64,000 nucleotides of DNA, taken from NCBI RefSeq assembly GCF_006345805.1, contig NC_043012.1, forward strand, positions 35,588,001 to 35,652,000, read 5' to 3'. Both the position numbers and the translations under genes were made by a program. Positions 25,491 through 34,970 of the stretch are shown piece by piece. The notes below the pieces were generated by a model. That model worked only from the letters and a program-made list of their open reading frames with translations, did no database searches and was not told the DNA's origin. Origin of the DNA: Octopus sinensis. Its lineage: Eukaryota. The first letter of the stretch is position 1; every line of letters begins with the position of its first letter.

Positions 25491-26059
25491 TCATCGTCAA
25501 CGATGATATAACTGTTGCTACCATAGTTATTAGTGTTTATATTTATGTTATTATAATTGTTGTTATTGGATCCTCTGCAGTTACACTTGCTGTTGTTGTT
25601 GTTGCTGCTGTTATCATCATAATTTGTTCTGTATCTGAAGACATTATTAACCTTTACCAAAAGACACCATGCCAAGCAGCACGGAATAAATTAATAAAGC
25701 ATCCGAGATGAAGAACTCCACAATAATACGATAAATTGCTTCTTATTGATTTTCCTGGCTCTCTGTAGAAATGTTCGATTGGTTGAAACATTCTACGAGA
25801 TCTCAATGGGAACTTTCTGGACTCTAATCCTTTTGACCTTTTCTCCAACACTCTGATACTTCCACCAACCTTCACAGCGAAGAAATTTTTTTTTGCCGAC
25901 AACTTTTTGGAATGTCAAGACAGGAATAATAATAATAACGCTAATGATAATGATGATGATGATAACAACAGCAACAATAATAATAATCGTTATTAATGCT
26001 ATTAATAGTAAGCTAAGAATATGAACCAAAAACTGAAATATCAAATTACTAAAAGTAAT

Positions 26060-26510
26060 AATGATGATGATCATCATTATCATCGTTTAGCGTCCGCTTT
26101 CCATGCTGGCATGGGTTGGACGGTGCAACTGGGGTCTGGGAAGCCAGAAGGCTGCACCAGGCCCAGTCTGATCTGGCAATGTTTCTACAGCTGGATGCCC
26201 TTCCTAACGCCAATCACTCCGTGAGTGTAGTGGGTGCTTTTTACGTGCCACCGGCACAGGTGCCAGACGAGGCTGGCAAACGGCCACGGTCGGATGGTGC
26301 TTTTTACGTGCCACTGGCACGGAGGCCAGGCGAGGTTGGCAACGGCCATGATTGGATGGTGCTTTTTACATGCCACCGGCACGGAAGCCAGTCAGGGCAG
26401 CACTGGCAACGGCCACGTCCGGATGGTTCTCTTATGTGCCACCAGCACTGGTATCACAGCTACAATTTCCATTCATGTTGATCGATTTTGATTTTTGATT
26501 TTTTGATGAT
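26060..26510 (-). mobile_element. Family A copy with internal 60-65 bp repeats
   Basis: Core plus repeated GGATGGTGCTTTTTAC(G/A)TGCCAC(C/T)GGCAC units. Confidence 0.8.
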
Positions 26511-26511
26511 G

Positions 26512-26555
<44 letters not shown>

Positions 26556-26778
26556 TACGCAAAATACTTTCTATGTAATCTCAAGTTTTAAAACAAACAT
26601 AATTTTCCTATGGTTTTTTTAGACATTCACTAGTACAACACTAAGTACAAAACCAAATATATGGCACCCTAGGCATAACACCAACATGAACTTCCAACTT
26701 GTCTCTTAAGGTCTCTGGGTGAGACTTGGAGCCAGCTTATGCGAATGTAAAGCAAAAGTCAAACATAGAGTAATAATA

Positions 26779-26790
<12 letters not shown>
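26556..26790 (+). mobile_element. Possible R4/Dong-like (RLE) LINE 3' end with (TAA)n tail
   Basis: Begins LRKILSM*, resembling the RLE-LINE terminal motif, followed by a UTR and an AAT-rich tail. Confidence 0.35.
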
Positions 26791-26816
<26 letters not shown>

Positions 26817-26829
26817 AATAATAATAATC

Positions 26830-27245
26830 CTTTCTACTTAAGGCACAAGGCCTGAAATTCGGTGATTACATCCACCCAAGTGTTTTGCTGGTACTTAATT
26901 TATCGACCCCCAAAAGGATGAAAGGCAAAGTTGACCTTAGCAGAATTTGAACTCAGACCATAACAACAGATGAGATACTACGAAGCATTTTGCCTGATGT
27001 TCTAACGATTCTGCCAGCTCATAATTTTAGTAATAATAATGATGATAATAATAATAATCCTTTCTACTATAGGCACAAGGCCTGAAATTTGGTGGGGAGG
27101 GGACCAGTTGATTACATTGACCTCAGGCTTTGCCTTTCATCCTTTCAGGGTTGATAAAACAAGTATCAGTTGAGCACTGGGGTTGATGTAATTGGCCTGC
27201 CACAACCCCTAAAAAATTTCTGACCATGTGCTAAAATTTTAAACC
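26830..27245. mobile_element. Cluster of family B SINE pieces in both orientations
   Basis: Body motif on the minus strand at 26830-27015 and on the plus strand at 27130-27245. Confidence 0.65.
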
Positions 27246-27250
27246 ATTAA

Positions 27251-27284
<34 letters not shown>

Positions 27285-27289
27285 GTTGT

Positions 27290-27530
27290 TGTTGAGTGAG
27301 AGAACAGTGCATGCCATCAAAGTGACACTGGGGTACAAATATATGAAGCCCAGTATACCCATCATGACTATCCATCTGATAAGGGTACACTAGGCACATG
27401 CATCTCAACCATGTGTGTATGGTATGGTGTTCTCATATCAAGATAAACAGCGCATGACCTTGCAGGTGGGGCCCAAGTCGAGTAACCCATCCTGCTCAAA
27501 AGGTCCCTGAATAAGGCTTGTTTAAGGATT
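27290..27530 (-). mobile_element. Retroelement 3' end with (AAT/AAC)n tail, family E
   Basis: Ends ...GATGGCATGCACTGTTCTCTCACTC(AAC/AAT)n on the minus strand. Single copy here; family assignment is from recall. Confidence 0.35.
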
Positions 27531-28074
27531 ATAATTATTATTATAATTGTTATTATTATCACCAGTATTCTTCTTCTTCTCATCATCATCATCATCTAGG
27601 TTGGTGGATTGGTAAAATCATCAAAACTCTGAAAAATGTTTTGCGGTACTTGTTTTGAACCTTTACTTCTGGGATCCCACAGTGGGACTGAACCCGGAAC
27701 CATGTGGTTGGTAAGGAAGCTACTTACCACACAGTCTGTGTATATAAATATATATAAAACATCCGTCAGGAAGCGAAGCTGGAGCGAGTCAAAGCAGAAG
27801 TGAAGGGCAGTGAAGAATGATCTGGTGATGATGAAAACCCATTGAAAATTCTTCGCAGGATCAAATCCAAGGAAAGAGGGATTTAATTGTACGTCTGTAT
27901 AGGCGAGTGGGCCACAGTTTGCAGGCCGATTGCAGAAAGATGAGGTTCATTTTTGGTGAATTCATCTTGCCAAATTCTGCAAGCAGCACCAGAATCAACA
28001 AAAAAGAGTTTGTGCGGCAATAAATCCTCGATGAAAATGCATGATTATGCAGGTGCAAAAGGTATGTGTGTGTA

Positions 28075-28345
28075 TCATGTATTAATGTTTCTTTATTAGC
28101 CACACAGGGCTGCACACAGATGGGACAGATTACAAAGTAGAGCTTTTCTTTTTTGGGGAGAGAAAAAAAAAAGTGGGGTAGGTTTTCGATCAAAAGGGAT
28201 CGTAAAAGGGAAAGAAGGAAAAAAAAAACGATCAATAGGGTTTGTGTATCACAGTGTCATGATGTAAAGTGCAAAGGGGGAAGCAGATAAGGTTTATCCA
28301 TGGAAGGAAAAGCCTACGGAAAAGACCACGGTAACCTTGGTCAAT
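28075..28345 (-). mobile_element. Probable LINE 3' UTR
   Basis: Pyrimidine-rich UTR ending CCCTGTGTGGCTAATAAAGAAAC with AATAAA; no coding similarity seen. Confidence 0.3.
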
Positions 28346-28714
28346 ACTGTTACATGTTACCACATTTGTTTGCAAGTAGGTAACCCTCTGTTTTAAATTT
28401 TCCGGGTTCATAGGATTATGCTATGCGTTTGTACACACACACACACACACACACATATCTTTCAGTGTTTATTGTTTCTGACACAGATTTGATCACAAGA
28501 GATAGAATCCACTTAGAGGTCAGTCACTGTTAACTAAATGACAACACAAAATTTTAAGGACTGGCCTAGTACAACTTGAGGAACAGTGTCCCATGGAGAG
28601 CAGCTCACACTCCACACACACACACAAACACAGACACAGACACTTATACACACCACCACCACCACCACCACCATTGATGATAGAACATGATAATAGAATT
28701 AGTGTAACACTTAC

Positions 28715-28771
28715 CTTCTAGAGCACACCACACTCAACTAGAACGAAGGCGAGGCAAGTGTTTCTATAAAC
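28715..28771 (-). other. Non-coding (5' UTR) exon, 57 nt
   Basis: Acceptor TTTTATGTTTTCCAG; consensus donor AAG|GTAAGT; stops in all three frames. Confidence 0.55.
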
Positions 28772-28929
28772 CTGGAAAACATAAAACAGACACTCAGAAC
28801 ATATATATGTACGTGTGTGTGTGTGTGTGTGTGTACATATATATTAGGATAGGAACATATAATTATATATATATAGATAGATAGACAGATAAATACATAG
28901 AGAGATAGATAGATATGTGTTTATGAACA

Positions 28930-29400
28930 TCAATCGAATTTGTATCCTTGTGGTACCAGTGCCGGTGGCACATAAGAAAACCATCCGAACGTGGCCGTAG
29001 CCAGTACCGCATCGACTGGCCTCCGTGCTGTGGGCACGTAACAAACACCATCCGATCGTGGCCGTTCGCCAGCCTCGTCTGGCACCTGTGTCGGTGGCAC
29101 ATAAAAAACACCATCCGAGTGTGGCCGTCTGCCAGCCTCGTCTGGTACCTGTGTCGGTGGCACATAAAAAACACCATCCGAGCATGGCCGTCTGCCAGCC
29201 TCGTCTGGCACCTGTTCCGGTGGCACATAAAATCACCCACTACACTCTCGGAGTGGTTGGCATTAGGAAGGGCATCCAGCTGTAGAAACACTGCCAGATC
29301 TGACTGGCCTGGTGCAGCCTTCGGGCTTGCCAGACCCCAGTTGAACCGTCCAACCCATGTTAGCATGGAAAGCGGACGTTAAACGATGATGATGATGATG
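28930..29400 (+). mobile_element. Young family A copy with five GTGGCACATAA repeats at about 63-bp spacing
   Basis: Motif at about 28965, 29029, 29094, 29157 and 29220; CpGs retained; (GAT)n tail. Confidence 0.85.
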
Positions 29401-29842
29401 AAGTAAATAAATGGAGTTGAACGCAGATGCTATTCAAAATCTTTTACTTTCGACATATGTTTCGAAGACAACATTGGTTTTATTCCAAAGGAATAAACAG
29501 TGTAAAAAAATGCACAGGAACATTTTTCAACCAATATATTCCCCTTTATTTGTTCTCTACTTATTATTTCTTTACCCCTCCTCTTCCTAGGGTCTGCCTT
29601 TGATGTTGGAGCTACTAACAGTTTTTTAAAATACTTAATAGCATTCTGTATATCATTTATGCAGTCATCAAAATTGTTATAATTTCTTGTTGTTGAGATA
29701 GGTTCTCTTTCTTTCCTGATGAGAAGATTGCATTTTTTTATACCATTTATTCCTTTGGAATAAAACCAACGTTGTCTTCGAAACATATGTCGAAAGTTAA
29801 AGATTTTGAATAGCATCTGCATTCAACTCCATTTATTTACTT
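29401..29842. mobile_element. 442-bp foldback element with 114-bp inverted arms, Penelope-like (inverted pLTR)
   Basis: Arms 29401-29514 and 29729-29842 differ at 6 positions; the right arm carries the 3' half of a hammerhead. Confidence 0.75.
29706..29803 (+). ncRNA. Type I hammerhead ribozyme, predicted cleavage after GUC at 29791
   Basis: Stem I CUUUC/GAAAG plus UCUUU/AAAGA across a 2-nt bulge; CUGAUGA (29716-22); stem II GAAGAU/GUCUUC; GAAAC; palindromic stem III ACAUAUGU; GUC triplet. Confidence 0.8.
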
Positions 29843-29994
29843 ATACTACACAAATTACTGCACATTAACCCGGAGTTTCTACCTTTGAATAGGTCACTAC
29901 AGCCTTGTTACTTGATTGAATTTTGCTACCCTGGTAACTGTTTATTGAATTTTCCATGTTAACGGTAAACAAAGGATAATTCATTCATCCATTT

Positions 29995-30044
<50 letters not shown>

Positions 30045-30045
<1 letters not shown>

Positions 30046-30254
30046 TATACTCTCTCTTTTACTTGTTTCAGTCATTTGACTGCGGCCATGCTGGAGCACC
30101 GCCTTTAGTCGAGCAAATCGACCCCAGGACTTATTCTTTGTAAGCCCAGTACTTATTCTATCGGTCTCTTTTGCCGAACCGCTAAGTAACGAGGACGTAA
30201 ACACACCAGCATCGGTTGTGAAGCAATGCTAGGGGGACAAACACACACACACAA

Positions 30255-30305
<51 letters not shown>

Positions 30306-30460
30306 AGACAGGCTTCTTTCAGTTTCCGTCTACCAAATCCACTCACAAGGCATTGGTTGGCCCAGGGCTATAGAAGAAGACACTTGCCCAAGATGCCATG
30401 CAGTGGGACTGAACCCGGAACCATGTGGTTGGTTAGCAAGCTACTTACCACACAGCCACA
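30045..30460 (-). mobile_element. Family C CORE-like SINE, near full length
   Basis: Same head, CORE-like segment and tail as the copy at 2930-3325. Confidence 0.8.
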
Positions 30461-31302
30461 CTAGCTGATGTACCCGGTAATTCCCGGGAAAGCGGGGCCT
30501 ATCCCATGGTTCCTTTCTCATAATTGTTTCACTAATCCAGTAACAACAACACAAAGTATGTAGTCCTTAAAATGGTTTTTGTGTATTTACAGAGAATACC
30601 AAACTGTCTTACACAGGATCTTGTTTTTAGGAATTCCCAATAAGTTATGAATACCCAAATTGTGACGTCAGTTATTAATATCATGAAATTAGTTACCCAA
30701 TAGTAAGATTTCAAATAAAGTAGCCCCAAGAAGGGCTTTAATGCATTCTCTGAGTATATAGAACATACGAGGAAATACTAATAAGGTATGTCTACTAAAA
30801 TCGTGAAGCATGTTACGTAATAACAGGCTAATAGGAAATGAGTTAATAACAATTCAAAGTAAATTACTCTGAAAAGGGCTTTTGTGCATTCCCAGAGAAT
30901 ATTTCCCTCAGTGGCACTAGTGTTGGTATATTCGTGAATAAATCACTAACCGAAATAAATTGATCTATTGTCTAGGAAAATACTATTTAGTTGTTTAAGG
31001 GTTGTACAGGATAAATTGCAAAAATAACTGTAACAGTTCAAATACTATGAAATAAGCATACTCACAATTTCATTTTTACCAATTAATTTAGGAAAATGTG
31101 GGTTACTTCCCTCGGCTATATATAAGGATCCCTTCCAGGGGCCCTATAATCGATTTTACCAACAATCTGAGTATGCCATGAGGTTTCTAGACATTAGTTC
31201 TACTCACGTGTCAAGTTTCATCAAAATCAATAAAACGATGTAGAGGAGTTAGCTAACAATTCCACAAACACACCCACAAGCAGAATTTCCCACATATGTA
31301 GC

Positions 31303-31306
<4 letters not shown>
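30460..31306 (+). mobile_element. Non-autonomous Helitron/Helentron-like element
   Basis: Starts ACTAGCTGATGTACCCGGTAATTCCCGGG and ends AAGTTTCATCAAAATC...ACAAACACAC...GAT(AT)n, resembling Lep1/HINE-type termini (by recall). Confidence 0.45.
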
Positions 31307-31359
<53 letters not shown>

Positions 31360-31574
31360 TACACACACACACACATATATATATCTTAAATTATAGATGC
31401 ATATATGTGTATGTGTGTGTACATATATATTAGGAGATGAATATATATATATATATTATATATAATTATATCAATTTATATAAATAAGGATAAGATCGTT
31501 AATTTAATTATCGATCTTATCAAGTGGCCAGCATGGGAATAAAAACCTTCAAAGATAATAATTATTATTAAAAT

Positions 31575-31662
31575 AATTATAATTTAGGGTTCATACCGCA
31601 TCAGGTGCGGTATGAACATTTAATGTGGTTTTAGAGTCAAGTATCTCTTAGATACCCTAAAT

Positions 31663-31669
<7 letters not shown>
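31575..31669. repeat. 95-nt multibranch palindrome
   Basis: 16-bp perfect outer inverted repeat, 12-bp perfect inner hairpin GTTCATACCGCA/TGCGGTATGAAC, and a 6-bp hairpin GTATCT/AGATAC. Confidence 0.8.
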
Positions 31670-31720
<51 letters not shown>

Positions 31721-31775
31721 GATATATATATACATATATACATACATACATACATATATATATATGTATGTATAG

Positions 31776-31806
<31 letters not shown>

Positions 31807-31866
31807 GATATAGATATAGATAGATAGATAGAAAGATAAATAGATATGTGTTTATATGACTTTCTT

Positions 31867-31898
<32 letters not shown>

Positions 31899-32254
31899 TG
31901 TTAAATTATCGATGTATATATGTCTATGTAGAGTACTGGTTCATTCAAGCAAGGATAGTCACAGATAAAATTCGAAATAAAAAGTTTTAATGATGAATGG
32001 AAATGAATCTGTGAAAGACTGGAACCATCGAATATGTATTTAAGGATTTTATGATATTCCTATCAAACTGTAAGAAAAAAAATAAATAATGATAATTGAA
32101 AAAAATCTAAAATACAGACGATAAAATTTGAACACAGTTATGTATTAATGAAACTTGGTTAAAAAATAAAATCTGTTCTTGAAAGGCATGAACACACACA
32201 CAAGCACATATAAATAGATGGTCAGTGTCATGTAAGTAGTAGGTAAAAAGTACC

Positions 32255-32455
32255 TATTTCTTTATTGCCCACAAGGGGCTAAACACAGAAGGGACAAACA
32301 ATGACAGACAAATGGATTAAGTTGATTCTATCGACCCCGAAAGGAGGAAAGGCAAAGTCGACCTCGGCAGAATTTGAACTCAGAACGTAACGGCAGACGA
32401 AATACAGCTGCGCATTTCGCCCGGTGTGCTAATGTTTCTGCCAGCTCGCTGCCTA
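32255..32455 (-). mobile_element. Family B SINE
   Basis: GGCAAAGTCGACCTCGGCAGAATTTGAACTCAGAACGTAACGGCAGACG. Confidence 0.8.
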
Positions 32456-32479
32456 AAAAAAAGTACCTGTTGAGTGTTT

Positions 32480-32759
32480 GGCATCACAGTGGCAATGACA
32501 GATGACCAAGATCTTTGGTAATACTCTGTGCTTGAGAAGAAGAAGAACCATCAAGCCAAGCAAAATGGTAGTCATAGAAGATACCGGTGTCATGCAACCG
32601 GCACCCATTACACGCTCAGAGTAGTTGGTATTAAGAAGGGCATCCAGCCATAGAAATCATGCCTAATCAGACTGGAGTCTGGTGCAGCCTTCCAGTGAGC
32701 CAGCACTGGTCAAACCACCCAACCCATGCCAGCATGGACAATAGGATATTAAAGGATGT

Positions 32760-32794
<35 letters not shown>

Positions 32795-33330
32795 GTGTAA
32801 AGGATAAGGATCTTCATAGTGTCAGTTTCCAGGTTTCTGTAGTGTATATATTCACCTCCTGGATGGGATACCAGTCCTTTGCACATATACAGATGGATGC
32901 TAACATCTCCATAAAGAAGTTCTGATCTCTCAAAGTAGATGGAAGCGGATGACCCAGGAAGACATGGAATGAAGTACTGACGGGCAACCTCAGGATGCTG
33001 AACCTGAGATGACAAAAACCAAGATGCCTGGCACCTTGCTGTACTCAAGAAGACCCATTCTCCACACCAGAAGTGTCAAGAACATTCCCCACTGGAGAAG
33101 AGGATTGGCCTGCAAGATTCCTGTGCTGGTGTAACGTCATAACACTCATACAGTGCCATGTAAAAGCACCCTATACGCTCTGTGGCTGGTGGTTGGTGTC
33201 AGGAAGGGCATCCAGCTGTAGAAACCTTGCCAAATCAGACTTGAGTCTGGTGCAGCTCCCCAGCTTGCCAGCTCTGGACAACCTAGGCCAGCTCTGGACA
33301 ACAGGACATTAAATGATGATGATGATGTAT
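32480..33330 (+). mobile_element. Two RTE LINE 3' ends (32480-32795 and 32860-33330), each running into the family A UTR
   Basis: Decayed PRKTWNEVL...LRMLNL...AVLKKT coding end directly upstream of the family A core and (GAT)n tail. Confidence 0.7.
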
Positions 33331-33818
33331 ATAGTCAAATCCATGAACAAAACAAAACACAAAAGTTATTTGTAAGTACTCGGAAAATATATTAGATTAA
33401 TGCTTAACAGAAGTTTTTGGTAGGGAAAATAGGAGTGGGAATGATGTTTTAAGCATGGCTCTTCATCAGAGGGGGGAAATGTCCAGAGAAAAGAAAAAGA
33501 AAGTAGAGCAGAGAGTCCAGAGAAAGTACTTGCATCATTGGAGAGAGGAAGGAGAGAGGGGGAGAGGGAGAGAGAGAGAGAGAAGTGAGATAGCATAGAG
33601 TAAAGAGGACTTGTTAGTCTTGCTGAACATAATGGTGTCTGTGTTGTGCTGGTGCCACCATAAAGTGTTGTCAGTTCTCTCTGTAGGAAGGGCATCACAT
33701 TGGAAAGAGACGTCAAGACAAGGGCAAACTGATGACACGTAATTCCTGGCCTGCTTAAGAAGGCAGAGCATATGAATAGGAATTAGCTCAGGCAAAACAA
33801 TAACTAATCTAAGCCATA

Positions 33819-33868
<50 letters not shown>

Positions 33869-33899
33869 TGTATGTGTGTGTTTGTGAATATATATATAT

Positions 33900-34277
33900 C
33901 ATCATCATCATCATCATCGTTTAACGTCCGCTTTCCGCGCTAGCACGGGTTGGACGGTTTGACCGGGTCTGGGAAGCCAGGGGCCGCACCAGGCTCCAGT
34001 CTGAATCTGGCAGAGTTTCTACGGCTGGATGCCCTTCCTAACGCCAACCACTCCGTGAGTGGATTGGGTGCTTTTTTACGTGCCACCTGCACAGGGCCCG
34101 GAGGGTCCGGCATCGTCACGATCGGTTCGAGCATTTTAACGTGTCAGCGGCACATGGGCAACGAGGTCCGGGGTACTTTGGGGGTCCGGGGTACTTTGGG
34201 GGTCCGGGGTACTTAGAATGAGTAGGGGGTATGTGGAATTGCTGCAGAAAGCAGCCCGGGTCTTTGTAGTCACAGCA
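33900..34277 (-). mobile_element. Young RTE 3' end (family A UTR plus NAVTTKTR ORF2 end)
   Basis: CpG-rich family A core; 18-bp x3 repeat at 34166-34212; AATGCTGTGACTACAAAGACCCGG parallels the RTE ORF end seen at 32530 and 33040. Confidence 0.7.
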
Positions 34278-34278
34278 T

Positions 34279-34638
34279 TTATCATCACTGAGTAACGTAA
34301 TTAGGTAGAGGAAAGAAATACAGATATTCTAGAGTTGAGTTGGGGAGGGGGAGGTCCAGTTGAGGCGGGTAATATAGGAGGGCAACCAGTGGGGAAGGTT
34401 GGGGTAAGGAGGAACGATGGCAGGAAGGGTTGGTGTAGGTTCCTAAGAAATAAAGACATTCGTTATCGTCACTGAGTAACGTTATTAAGTAGAGGAAAGA
34501 ATACAGATATTCGAGAGTTGAGTTGGGGAGAGGGGGGGTCCAGTTGAGGCGGGTAATATAGGGGAGCAACCAGTGGGGAAGGTTGGGGTAAGGAGGAACG
34601 ATGGCAGGAAGGGTTGGTGTAGGTTCCTAAGAAATAAA
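34279..34638 (-). repeat. 184-bp tandem duplication (2 copies) with a Penelope-like peptide remnant
   Basis: TCACTGAGTAACGT at 34285 and 34469; the minus frame reads RLNWTPPLPNSTLEYLY. Confidence 0.75.
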
Positions 34639-34970
34639 AACGTAGGATATTACGAGGCGGGAGGGTGCTAAAGGGGATAGTCGAATGAGGCAGTGTCAGG
34701 AGAAGCATAAGATCGGTGGGCAGTTGATGAGCTATGCGCTAGCAGCTTGTCTTTTCACAGTGAAAGCATATGAGGAGAAGGGGTAGTGGGGGGAGGAGGA
34801 GGGAGTAGGGCGTACCCGGTGTAGATGAGTAAGGCGTATCCGGTGTAGATGGTGAGGACAGGGTATACTGGTATTGGTGGTGGGGGGTGAGGAACAGTGT
34901 TCACCGGTATTGGTGGTGGGGGTGAGAACAGTGTTCATCGGTATTGGTGGTGGGGGTGGGGGGCGGGCGC

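Noticed and set aside
29716-29722. Other CTGANGA matches in the window (e.g. 5411, 5630, 33737, 60585)
   Set aside because: They have no correctly placed GAAA, stem II or NUH triplet, and are expected by chance.
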